From positions 64,001-128,000 of the forward strand of contig JBIJDH010000005.1 in NCBI GenBank assembly GCA_044344255.1: 64,000 nucleotides of DNA, in the 5' to 3' direction. Source of the stretch: Myxococcota bacterium (GTDB lineage: Bacteria; Myxococcota_A; UBA796; UBA2385). The position numbers were made by a program, and so were the translations under genes. The notes beneath the pieces were generated by a model. The model ran no database searches, had not been told where the DNA came from, and saw only the letters and a list, made by a program, of their open reading frames with translations. Numbering within the stretch: the first letter of the stretch is position 1; every line of letters begins with the position of its first letter. Shown in pieces: positions 55,433 to 64,000 of the stretch.

Positions 55433-56475
55433 GCGCCCCCGGGCCGACGGCGGGGTGGGTGATCTCCGCTGCAGCCGTCGCCGCCCTCCCGGCGATGCTC
55501 TGGCTTCGCAGGGGGCGCTACGGCCGACGGGAGCTTCGTTTCGCCCTCGCCGCCCTCACCCTCGCCGCCCTCGCGCCGCTGCCCGGCCTCGGCCCCTGGA
55601 TGGTGGCCCTGCCCGAGCGCCTCTGCGGCGCCACGCCGGCCCAAGCGGCCCTCGCCGCCCTGGCGTTGGCGCTGGCGTCCTGGGCCCGCCGCGCGGAGCG
55701 CAGGGCCCGGTCGGCCGAAGAGGGCCTCTTCGCGCTCGGCCGGGCCCTCGCCGTCGACGCTGCCCTCGCCATCCCGAGGGAGGGCCTCGCTCCCGAGATC
55801 GTCGTGATCATGCCGGCGCTCGACGAGGCGGAGAGCCTGCCGGGGGTGCTGTCGGGCGCGCCGTCGGAGGTCCTCGGCCGCAGCCTCCGTGTCCTCGTGG
55901 TCGACGACGGCTCGGCCGACGATACGGCGGCCGTCGCGGCACGCCACGGCGCGATCAGCGTGCGCAGCGCAGTCAACGGGGGGGGCGGGCACGCGCTGCT
56001 GATCGGCTTCGCCGCCGCACGACGGCTGGGCGCCCGGTGGGCTGTGACGATGGACGCCGATGGTCAGCACCGCTTCGAGGACCTCCCCGCCCTCCTCGCC
56101 CCCCTGCTGGCTGGGGAGGCCGACGTCGTGGTGGGCAGCCGGCGGCTCGGGGCCTCGATCGGCCACGAGGCGCTGCGAGCGGTGGGGCTCCGCGTCTTCA
56201 ACCTCGCACTCAGCCTGATCACGGCGCGGCGGGTGACCGACTGCTCGAGCGGCCTCCGGGCCTTCGACCTGCACGCCACGCGGGGCCTCCGCCTCCGCCA
56301 GCGCCGCCACCACACCGCTGAGCTGCTCATCGAGGCCAGCCGGAGGGGCATGCGCATCGTCGAGGTGCCGATCACCATCCTGCCCCGCGCCCACGGCGAG
56401 ACGAAGAAGGGCCCGAACTGGCTCTACGGAGCGCGCTTCGCGGGGACCGTCACCAGCACGCTCTGGGAGGCCTGA
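55429..56475 (+). CDS. DUF2304-like membrane domain fused to a GT2 polyprenyl-phosphate glycosyltransferase
   Basis: Motifs MPALDE, VVDDGS.D, MDADGQH, GSR and TD..SG.RA. The N-terminus has three hydrophobic helices. GTGA overlap with the dioxygenase gene. Confidence 0.88.
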   Translation: MSAPGPTAGWVISAAAVAALPAMLWLRRGRYGRRELRFALAALTLAALAPLPGLGPWMVALPERLCGATPAQAALAALALALASWARRAERRARSAEEGLFALGRALAVDAALAIPREGLAPEIVVIMPALDEAESLPGVLSGAPSEVLGRSLRVLVVDDGSADDTAAVAARHGAISVRSAVNGGGGHALLIGFAAARRLGARWAVTMDADGQHRFEDLPALLAPLLAGEADVVVGSRRLGASIGHEALRAVGLRVFNLALSLITARRVTDCSSGLRAFDLHATRGLRLRQRRHHTAELLIEASRRGMRIVEVPITILPRAHGETKKGPNWLYGARFAGTVTSTLWEA

Positions 56476-56544
56476 GCCCGGTCGCGCCCCGCCGCCGCCT
56501 CGGCCCCGCCCTCCGAGGCCCAGCGCGGCTCAGAACACAGCGGC

Positions 56545-57477
56545 TCAGAAAACATAGGCCACTGAGGCGTCAAAGCGGTAGAGCAGGGGGATGCGGTCGT
56601 AGGTCGCGATCTCGTCCGGCAGGTAGGCGAAGGTGCCGCCGACGAGGCCGTGGAGATGCTCGGTGGGCAGCAGGTTCGCGCCGAGGGAGAGGTCGGGGAG
56701 CACGCCCTGGAGGCGCCAGGTAGACACATCGACCTGGACGAAGAAGTCGTTGGAGATCGTCTCGGCGCCGAGCTTGACGTAGGGCTGAACGACCTCGGAG
56801 GCCTTCCAGGTGCCGACGAGGCGCAGGCCCCCCTCCCGCAGCGAGAGGACGTCGACGCAGCCGTATTCCTGGGGCGCGCAGACGGCGTCGTACCGCGCCG
56901 CGTCGGTGTTCGCTTCGAGCTCGCCCGACTCCTTCTGGTCTGTGGAGGCGGCCACCGGGGCGCCCGCACGGCCCACGGTGACGTCCAGCTCTGCGCCCAC
57001 CCGCCACCGCTCTCCGAGGTCGAGCCCGGTTGAGCCCGAGAGCCCCGCGACCAGCGCCGAGGCCCCCTGGACCGGCACCGGTGGGGTGAGGGACATGCCG
57101 ATCCCCCAGCCCACCCGCCCCCGCCGCTCCGTCCAGGCCACCATCAGCCGCGGCATCACCGGGCTGAACTGAGTGTTCTCCTCCTTCCCGACGAGGTTCT
57201 TCTGCGGCTTGCTGAAGGGGAAGGTGTCGAGCCCGCCCCCGAGCTGAAGGCCGGTGGGCCCATACATCGCCGCCGAGCCCTGGGTGGACTGGTGCCGCAG
57301 CGTAAAGGACTGCTCGGCGATGCCGTTACCGAGGAAGGCGAAGAACTCCTGTGCGCCCTCCGTGCGCTGGTTCAGCTTCACGACCCAGCCCGGGTCTTGC
57401 ACGCCGGGGTCAACCATCTCGATGTGGACCTGGGCCTGCGCGGGAGGGGAGGTCAGGAAGAACAGCGTCACCAGCAT
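56545..57477 (-). CDS. Hypothetical outer-membrane beta-barrel-like protein
   Basis: Signal peptide ending AQA, beta-strand patterns and a terminal AYVF. Confidence 0.7.
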   Translation of the reverse strand: MLVTLFFLTSPPAQAQVHIEMVDPGVQDPGWVVKLNQRTEGAQEFFAFLGNGIAEQSFTLRHQSTQGSAAMYGPTGLQLGGGLDTFPFSKPQKNLVGKEENTQFSPVMPRLMVAWTERRGRVGWGIGMSLTPPVPVQGASALVAGLSGSTGLDLGERWRVGAELDVTVGRAGAPVAASTDQKESGELEANTDAARYDAVCAPQEYGCVDVLSLREGGLRLVGTWKASEVVQPYVKLGAETISNDFFVQVDVSTWRLQGVLPDLSLGANLLPTEHLHGLVGGTFAYLPDEIATYDRIPLLYRFDASVAYVF

Positions 57478-57653
57478 TCAATCCCCTCGATGTCCAGCGC
57501 CGCGCCGACTCCGCGCCGGCCAGCCAAACAGGCGGGCTTGGACAGCCTGCTCGCGGACGCGTGATCCCCAACGGTATGCTGCTCCAGTCGGATGGTTACA
57601 GCCCCGAGCGCATGGGCAGCGGCGCGCTCGGGTGTCCGCCGGGGTGCTCCGCC

Positions 57654-58442
57654 TCAGCCGAGGACCGCGAGCACCCCGTGGTGGTCGCTCGCCTCGCTCA
57701 TGTCCACCACCTCGGCCTGAGCGGGCCACCGCGCGAGGGCTGGCGAGGCGAGGATGTAGTCGGTCCGCCAGTCGATGTGGACGCCGCCGCGGTCGCGGGG
57801 GGCGGTCACCCAGGGGCTACCGGCGGGGCGGTGGGCGAGGAGGTCTATCCAACCGTCGGCGAGGAGGGCCTTCATCACGTCGAAACGAGGCGGGTGCCCG
57901 TACTTGTCGACTCCGGCCCGGAGGACCCGCTGGGCGAGGTCGTCGGGATAGGGATCGTGTGGGCTGATGGCGTTGAGATCGCCGGCCAGCACGATCTCTC
58001 CGCGGAGGTCGCCGAGGTGTCGGCGCAGCGCTTCGACCTCGCGGAGGCGGGCCTCCTCGTTGTGGCTGTCGAAGTGGGTCACGAGCATTCGCAGCGGCGC
58101 CCCGGGGCGCGCCACCCGAGCCTCGAGGAGGGCGTGCCCCTGCCATGCCGGGTCGGCCAGCACCGCCACCTGGGAGAGGGGCCAGCGCGACAGGAGTCCG
58201 ACATGGTAGCGGGCGCCGCTGCCCCTCGGGCGGGCCGCCCCGAGGGCGCTGTGGGGCAAGCCCAAGGCGGCGCCGAGCTCGGCGAGGTCAGCCGGAGACC
58301 AACCCAGGCACTCCTGGAGGGCGAGCAGGTCGGGTCGACAGGCCTGGATGCGGAGGCGGAGCAGAGGCAGGCGGCCCTCCCCACCCTGAAGGATGTTCTG
58401 GCTGAGGACGCGGAGGGGAGGCGGGCGGAGGGGGCGTGGCAC
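57654..58442 (-). CDS. Endonuclease/exonuclease/phosphatase (EEP) family protein
   Basis: Motifs LSQNI, LQE, THF, GDLN, RTDYI and SDH. Confidence 0.9.
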   Translation of the reverse strand: MPRPLRPPPLRVLSQNILQGGEGRLPLLRLRIQACRPDLLALQECLGWSPADLAELGAALGLPHSALGAARPRGSGARYHVGLLSRWPLSQVAVLADPAWQGHALLEARVARPGAPLRMLVTHFDSHNEEARLREVEALRRHLGDLRGEIVLAGDLNAISPHDPYPDDLAQRVLRAGVDKYGHPPRFDVMKALLADGWIDLLAHRPAGSPWVTAPRDRGGVHIDWRTDYILASPALARWPAQAEVVDMSEASDHHGVLAVLG

Positions 58443-58551
58443 GGGGCGGCCTCAGCGGCGGAGTCGACCTCGGCTCTATCTTCGCGACGCCACGGCGCCT
58501 GTCCGCTGCATCCCCGTCGCGAGGGGGTAGGATGGGGGTGCAGGAGCCGCC

Positions 58552-59553
58552 GTGTCGCGTCCACCCAGGGTCCCTCCGATCTCCGCCGCCGTCGTCCTCG
58601 CGCTCCTCGGCGCGTGCAGCGAGTACGAGATCAACAAGGCCGCGGAGGTCGAGCCCCCGGTCGAGACGGCGCAGCCCGAGGACACCGCCCCCGACAGCCC
58701 GCCGCCTGACCCCGTCGTGGTCGAGGATGTCTGGGTGCTCGAGCCGAGCGATGGGGTCGACATCATCATCTTCGGCGACACCAGCGGCTCGATGGCGGAA
58801 GAGCTCGTGACCATGGGCGACAAGGTCACCGAATTCGTGGATGGGCTCAACGCCTACACCACGGAGTGGCGGCTGATGGCGATCACTGGCCCGACGGGCT
58901 GCGCGGTCGACACCATCTTCGACAACACCACGGCAGACTATGCGGCGCGGTTCGCGGTCGCGATCCAGACGCTCCCCGGCGTCGACCAGGAGGACGAGTG
59001 GGGCCTCTACAACGTGGCCACCGCCCTCGACAACACCGACGCTGGCGAGTGTAACGAGGGCTTCCTGCGCGAGGCGGCGCCGCTCCACGCCATCTTCCTC
59101 TCCGACGAGGACGACAACTCCCCCGGCTGGGATGACACCACGATCCCCGAGTACTGGCGCACCTACCTCGACCAGATCGTCGCGCACAAGAGCGATCCGA
59201 GCCTCGTCCGCCTCTCGGCCATCACCGGCCCCGTGCCGTCGGGCTGCGCCGGGGCGGAGGCCGGCTGGGGCTACACCGAGGCCGTGGGGGAGGTGGACGG
59301 TCAGCTCCTCTCCATCTGCGCGGCCTGGTACGATCAGATCGACATGCTGGTCGATATGAGCGTCCAGCGCAGCACCTACGCCCTCTCCCAGGTGCCTGAC
59401 CCTGACTCTCTCCTGGTGACCGTCAACAGCAACACCCGCAGCTCCGGTTGGGCCTACGACGAGGCCGCGAACGCCGTGGTCTTCAGCACCGACATCCCGA
59501 GCACCGGCGATCAGGTCGGGGTGCGCTACGTGGTGGCCACCGACGGGGGCTGA
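58552..59553 (+). CDS. vWA-domain lipoprotein
   Basis: LGAC lipobox, MIDAS DTSGSM, and motifs GFLR..A.L, FLSDEDD and SIC...W. Confidence 0.85.
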   Translation: MSRPPRVPPISAAVVLALLGACSEYEINKAAEVEPPVETAQPEDTAPDSPPPDPVVVEDVWVLEPSDGVDIIIFGDTSGSMAEELVTMGDKVTEFVDGLNAYTTEWRLMAITGPTGCAVDTIFDNTTADYAARFAVAIQTLPGVDQEDEWGLYNVATALDNTDAGECNEGFLREAAPLHAIFLSDEDDNSPGWDDTTIPEYWRTYLDQIVAHKSDPSLVRLSAITGPVPSGCAGAEAGWGYTEAVGEVDGQLLSICAAWYDQIDMLVDMSVQRSTYALSQVPDPDSLLVTVNSNTRSSGWAYDEAANAVVFSTDIPSTGDQVGVRYVVATDGG

Positions 59554-59612
59554 GGGGGGCTGAGGGGAGCTGAGGCGGCCCGAGCCCGGCGCCCGCCCGG
59601 CGTACGGTTGGG

Positions 59613-60962
59613 TCAGAGCCCCCAGCGGGTCTCGACCAGCACGTTGCGGGTGAGCAGCCACTGGCTGAGCAGGGCCCGGCTGGTGCTGATCGCCTCGTCG
59701 GTGCACTCGGTGCGGGGATCGGCCACGGCGAGGTCGGCGGTGAGCGCGGCCTGGGCCTCGAGGGTGGCGGTGAGGGCGGCGAGGTCGAGGCTGTCGAGGA
59801 AGGCCTCGGTGGCGTCGCGCTGATCGTAGGCGCAGTTCCCGTCTTGCAGGCAACCCAGGCCGAGGCGGCCCACGGGGCCCGTCCACTGGACGCCCCAGGC
59901 GCCGTCGAGGTTGAAGCTGTTGTCGAGACCCGCAGGCGCCAGCTCGGCGCCGCCAGTGGTGGGGTCAAAGTAGACGAAGTACTGGTCATGATCGAGGAAG
60001 TAGCCGTCTACCTGACCGATCCACTCTTCGACCGCCCACATGCGGTGCACCGCCTCCCAGTGGACCACGGCGCTCGTGGTGCCGTCGTACTCGGGGGTGC
60101 CGAGCGTGGACTCGATCGCGGCGGTCACGGCGAGGACGTCGGCCAGCGCGACGTCCTCGCCGGCGAGCAGGCGGAAGCCGCCGTCGAGCCCGGTCTGGAA
60201 GTCGACCGCGCTCTGGCTGCCATCTTCGGCGACGAGGTTCTGCCCGTCGTAGAGGTTGCCCGTCCCGTTGGCCCAGCCGCGGCGCGCGAAGGCGGAGTCT
60301 GCGGCCTCGACGACCACGTAGAGACCGAAGTCTTCACCGTTGAGGGTGAGCGAGCCGTAGCCCGTACGCTGCGCCGGAACGCCGCCCTGTCGGAACAGCG
60401 CGCTGCCGATGGAGCGCTTGAGGCCGGAGCAGTCCTCGAGCGCGTTGTCGAGCACGAGGGCGGACATGCCCGTGAGGCGAGCGTCGGGGTCGTAGGCGTC
60501 GAACTGCAGGCGCAGCTCCGGCTTGCCTGCGAGCGAGCGGAAGGTGGGCCCGGCGCCACCGAGGCGGAGGCCGACGGGCTCGATCTCCTCGCCGTCGAGG
60601 GTGAAGCGGGCCTCGACCATCGCGGTGGGGTCGGCCTCGAGCGCGGCGACCGCTTCGGGCTCGACGCGGAGGCTCATGGTGTGGATGACGGTGGGGTCGA
60701 AGACCCAGTCGTCGTCGGGCAGGGTGTAGGAGCCGACGTCTTCGACGATCCAGTCGGGGCCGGTGTCGGGGTCTCGAACGGGGGCGGTGACGCCGGGGAC
60801 GGGGTCGCGCAGGCCATCGGCGCCCGGCAGGGGGGAGCAGCCGGCGAGGGTGAGCGCGCCGAGGGTGAGCGCGCCCTGGCCGATCGCGATCCAGCCGGGG
60901 CAAGGCGCATGAGCGCCCCGCGGAGAGCGACGCCACGGGCGCCGCTCAGGGAGCGGCTTCAT
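59613..60962 (-). CDS. CotH-kinase family lipoprotein with degenerate motifs
   Basis: LAGC lipobox and motifs VGLRLGG...FR, L.LDN..ED, LNGEDFGLYVVVE, GNLY and DGY. Confidence 0.8.
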   Translation of the reverse strand: MKPLPERRPWRRSPRGAHAPCPGWIAIGQGALTLGALTLAGCSPLPGADGLRDPVPGVTAPVRDPDTGPDWIVEDVGSYTLPDDDWVFDPTVIHTMSLRVEPEAVAALEADPTAMVEARFTLDGEEIEPVGLRLGGAGPTFRSLAGKPELRLQFDAYDPDARLTGMSALVLDNALEDCSGLKRSIGSALFRQGGVPAQRTGYGSLTLNGEDFGLYVVVEAADSAFARRGWANGTGNLYDGQNLVAEDGSQSAVDFQTGLDGGFRLLAGEDVALADVLAVTAAIESTLGTPEYDGTTSAVVHWEAVHRMWAVEEWIGQVDGYFLDHDQYFVYFDPTTGGAELAPAGLDNSFNLDGAWGVQWTGPVGRLGLGCLQDGNCAYDQRDATEAFLDSLDLAALTATLEAQAALTADLAVADPRTECTDEAISTSRALLSQWLLTRNVLVETRWGL

Positions 60963-61491
60963 TCGATGCTCCCGGGCTGCCCCGGTAGGTGAAGGTGAAG
61001 CAGCCGGCGCTCTCGCAGCAGTCGGTGACCCGCGCGATGCTGGTGTCGCTCTCCATCTCGCCGTACTGGAGCAGCACCGCGTGTCCGTTCGGGTCACGGA
61101 GCCCGACGCTGCCGCCCACGCCGTCGAGGGCGAAGCGGAGGTGGGTGGCGCCGAGCTCGGGGTGGGCGTCGGCCCAGAGCAGGAGGAAGCCGCCCGCAGC
61201 GACGCTGAGGCCGTCGAGGGACTGCAGATCGGGCTTGTCGGGGTCGTTCGTGAGGGTCCAGCCGTCGAGCGCCACGTCGAAGCCGGTCGGGTTGTGGAGC
61301 TCGAGCCAGTCGGGCTTTCGCCCGAGCTCATCGACCACGCTGCCGAGGTTGACCGGCATGAGCTCGTTCAGGCAGAGGGCGGGCCTGCGCGGGGCGGCGG
61401 GCGCCCCGCCCGTGTCGTCGGCGGACGTGTCGCCTCGCGCGGCGGCGGGCGCGTTCTCGGGGGTACAGGCGAGGATCAGGGCGAGCCACAC
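60946..61491 (-). CDS. Lamin-tail-domain (LTD) lipoprotein
   Basis: ILAC lipobox and motifs LNELM..N, DWLELHN, L.GW.L.D and SPG..N. Confidence 0.85.
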   Translation of the reverse strand: MWLALILACTPENAPAAARGDTSADDTGGAPAAPRRPALCLNELMPVNLGSVVDELGRKPDWLELHNPTGFDVALDGWTLTNDPDKPDLQSLDGLSVAAGGFLLLWADAHPELGATHLRFALDGVGGSVGLRDPNGHAVLLQYGEMESDTSIARVTDCCESAGCFTFTYRGSPGASNEAAP

Positions 61492-61607
61492 GCGGGCAGT
61501 CTACCATCGCCGGCGCGGGTCGGCCCCCGCCGCCCTCCGCCCGGGTGGAGGCGGCGCACGCACCCCGTGGGGAGCGCCGGTTATGGCGGGGAGGAGGGTC
61601 GTGCCCG

Positions 61608-62864
61608 ATGGACAGCCACAGCACCTTCATCCATGAGGAGTCGCCGGCGCCGGCGGTGACCGCCCCCGTCGGGCAGCTCCCGATGGAGATGGAGCGGGCG
61701 CTCGATCGGGGCCCCGGGGAGTCGGAGGGCCGCTACCACAACCTCGGCCCGATCGGTCGGGGTGGCACGAGCGTCGTTCTGGCCGTCGAGGATCGGCTCC
61801 TGCAGCGGGTCATCGCGGTCAAGCGCCTGCTCCCCGAGCACAGGGCGCGCCTCGGCCCGAGCTTCCTCCGGGAGGCGCGGGTGACGGCCTCGCTCTGCCA
61901 CGCGGGCGTGATCCCGGTCTACGACTTTGGGGAGGACAGCCAGGGCTGCCCCTACATGACCCTCCAGCGCATCCAGGGGGAAGACCTCGCCGCCCGAGCT
62001 CGCCGCGAGGGGCCGCTCGGCCCGGGCCCGCGGCTCGACGGCGCGCTCTCCAACCTGATCGCCGCGACCCACACCGTGGAGTTCGCGCACCAGCAGGGCT
62101 GGATCCATCGAGACCTCAAGCCGGCGAACCTCCTCGCCGGGCCCCACGGTCAGCTCTGGGTGGCGGACTGGGGCATCTCTCTGCACCGCAGCCGCTGGGA
62201 GAGCCCGTCCTCCCAGATCGCGGGCACCCTGAACTACATGAGCCCCGAGCAGGCCGCCGGCGGGCCCTGTGACCCCCGCACCGACATCTATGGTCTCGGG
62301 GCGTGTTTGTTCACGCTGCTCACGGGTCGAGCTCCGCACGGGGGGGATCGTGAGCACGTGCTCCGGCGGCTCCGCAGCGGTGATCCGGTCTCCCCCCCAG
62401 CCTTCCTCGGTGACATCCCGCACAGCCTGATGGAGCTCGCGCTCCTGTGTCTGCACCCCTCCCCCGAAGGGCGCCCGCCGTCGGTCGCCGCCCTCCGCGT
62501 CGCCCTCGAGCGGGCCCGGTCGGGCGACTGGATGCTGCCCCAGATCGACTATGCGGAGGGGGCCGTGATCGTGCGCGAGGGGGAGCCGGGTGACAGCGCC
62601 TTCCTCATCGTCTCGGGGGAGGTGACCGTGGAGAAGGAGGGGCGGATCATCCGGGTGATGCACGCCGACGAGGTCTTCGGTGAGATCGCCCCCCTGCTGG
62701 CCGGCAACCGCACGAGCACGGTCCGCGCGCGGACGGCGGTGCGCCTCGCGGTGCTCACCCGCGAGCGCCTCGAGGCGGAGCTGGCCCTCGGCAGCCTCGG
62801 GGGGCGCTTCGTGCGGGCCCTGGCCTCCCGCCTCGCGAGCGCGCAGGCGCCCGGCGTCGTCTGA
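61608..62864 (+). CDS. Hanks-type Ser/Thr kinase with a C-terminal cyclic-nucleotide-binding domain
   Basis: Kinase motifs GRGG, AVK, HRDLKPAN, DWG and SPEQ. cNMP motifs EGEPGD...I.SG.V and FGE.A....RT..VRA. Confidence 0.92.
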   Translation: MDSHSTFIHEESPAPAVTAPVGQLPMEMERALDRGPGESEGRYHNLGPIGRGGTSVVLAVEDRLLQRVIAVKRLLPEHRARLGPSFLREARVTASLCHAGVIPVYDFGEDSQGCPYMTLQRIQGEDLAARARREGPLGPGPRLDGALSNLIAATHTVEFAHQQGWIHRDLKPANLLAGPHGQLWVADWGISLHRSRWESPSSQIAGTLNYMSPEQAAGGPCDPRTDIYGLGACLFTLLTGRAPHGGDREHVLRRLRSGDPVSPPAFLGDIPHSLMELALLCLHPSPEGRPPSVAALRVALERARSGDWMLPQIDYAEGAVIVREGEPGDSAFLIVSGEVTVEKEGRIIRVMHADEVFGEIAPLLAGNRTSTVRARTAVRLAVLTRERLEAELALGSLGGRFVRALASRLASAQAPGVV

Positions 62865-62921
62865 CCTCGCGGCGCGGCGCCTCGGGGGTGCTATCCTCCA
62901 CGGTGGAGGCGCTGAAGCTTC

Positions 62922-63827
62922 ATGGCCGCTCGATCCTCGTCGCTCGCCGCGCTCCTGTCCCTCTCGGCGCTCGCCTGTGGAGGGGAGGGTGTTGCCCGCG
63001 GCGACGCTGCGGGGGAGGCTGCCGGGCGCTGTGAGGGCGGGGAGCCGCTCATCTTCCTGGTGCGGACGCTGGCCTTCGCCCGGGTCGACGAGGCGGGCGT
63101 CTCCTCGGGCTTTGACCTCGACGGGGCGGTGAGCGACGGGAGCGACGCCCAGGGCTGCGGCGTCACCGACTTTGTCAGCCCGGAGGGGGCGGCCGGCGTC
63201 GACAACGGCTGGGCCGGCGTCCAGCCCGCGCTCGACCTCACCGAGGCGGTGGCGATCGAGAGCCTCGTGCAGAGCAGCATCGAGGCGGGCAACCTCCTGA
63301 TCCTGGCCGAGATCACCGGAATCGATGATCTCGAGGACGACGACTGCGTGAACCTGCGCATCCTCCGAGCCTCTGGCACACCGATGCTCGGCACCGACGG
63401 CCTCATCTTGTCGGGGCAGACCTTCGACGTCGAGGAGGGCATCCCCGCCGTCACCGTGGCCGGGGCGCGCATCGAGGGCGGAGCGGTGCTCGCCGGCCCG
63501 CTCGACCTCGCGATCCCGATCACCGTCTTCGATGTCTCCCTCGACTTCCTGTTCACGCGCGGGGGGTTTCGTCTCGACCTCGAAGACCGCGAGCACGGGA
63601 GCGGCGTGATGGGCGGCGGCACGAGCACCGCCGACCTCGTCACCGTCGCCGAGGCCAACGACGCAGAGGGCCTGCTCGGCGGCATCATGAAGTCCCTCCT
63701 CGATCAGAACGCCGACCTCTGGCCCGACGATCAGGGCGTCTGTCAGGACATCTCGGTCAACTTCGAGCTCGACGCCGTCTCGGCCTTCCTCTACGACAGC
63801 GCCGCCGCGAGGGCCCCTCGCAGGTGA
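62922..63827 (+). CDS. Hypothetical lipoprotein
   Basis: ALAC lipobox, GFDLDG...GCG..DF...GVDN motif and host-like codon usage. Confidence 0.75.
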   Translation: MAARSSSLAALLSLSALACGGEGVARGDAAGEAAGRCEGGEPLIFLVRTLAFARVDEAGVSSGFDLDGAVSDGSDAQGCGVTDFVSPEGAAGVDNGWAGVQPALDLTEAVAIESLVQSSIEAGNLLILAEITGIDDLEDDDCVNLRILRASGTPMLGTDGLILSGQTFDVEEGIPAVTVAGARIEGGAVLAGPLDLAIPITVFDVSLDFLFTRGGFRLDLEDREHGSGVMGGGTSTADLVTVAEANDAEGLLGGIMKSLLDQNADLWPDDQGVCQDISVNFELDAVSAFLYDSAAARAPRR

Positions 63828-63940
63828 CAGCTTGGCAAGAATCGGCGGGCGCCGGGGCGGCTTCGGTCGCTCGGGATACCGCGTTGGCCCCGGCCGTGGC
63901 AGGCTGGGTTGTCGCTTGATCGCTCCCTCGCGAGGTCTCG

Positions 63941-64000
63941 ATGTCCCGCTTGCCCCTGCTCCTCCTCCCCTGCGCGCTGTTCTCCGCTTGCAAGAAGGAG
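63941..64000 (+). CDS. Start of a lipoprotein, truncated by the window end
   Basis: GAGG precedes the ATG; translation is MSRLPLLLLPCALFSACKKE. Confidence 0.6.
   Translation, partial: MSRLPLLLLPCALFSACKKE

Noticed and set aside
59613..61491. Frameshifted LTD-CotH pseudogene
   Set aside because: Each ORF has its own lipoprotein signal, and the LTD ends at its natural SPGxxN motif.

Overview
A very GC-rich bacterial chromosomal segment. C-terminal GCGC-TM-RRR (MYXO-CTERM-like) tails and abundant DCDD..PG..E.CD repeats point to Myxococcota or a relative; this taxonomy is an inference. Most long ORFs in the six-frame track are antisense shadows, and about 43 real CDSs tile the window. Housekeeping and transport genes include a phosphohexomutase, an orphan Dam-family methylase, gyrA, a DAACS symporter, a TetR-RND-TolC-ABC operon and a ketopantoate reductase. 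There are also many secreted or lipoprotein genes. Three regions stand out. (1) 49027-56475 is a co-oriented cluster of a UPF0104 flippase-like protein, a divergent UDP-sulfoquinovose synthase (SqdB), a class-V PLP enzyme, a GT-C glycosyltransferase, a START-like protein, an Arg-type cysteine dioxygenase and a DUF2304-GT2 fusion. It reads as a candidate self-contained pathway that mobilises cysteine sulfur, makes a sulfo/thio-sugar and transfers it outside the membrane via a polyprenyl carrier. (2) Directly upstream, at 33611-48823, are two tandem giant integrin-alpha-propeller/Cys-Asp-repeat surface proteins with MYXO-CTERM tails. (3) 18100-20612 is a 2.5-kb integrase-less island bounded by a 62-bp duplication of the 3' end of an ABC permease gene. 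It carries an Rpn-like PD-(D/E)XK gene with an internal SD+TTG start, a low-GC ribbon-helix-helix ORF, and a 12-bp iteron-like array next to a hairpin. No rRNA, tRNA or CRISPR array was recognised. All family calls come from motif reading by eye; no database search was run.
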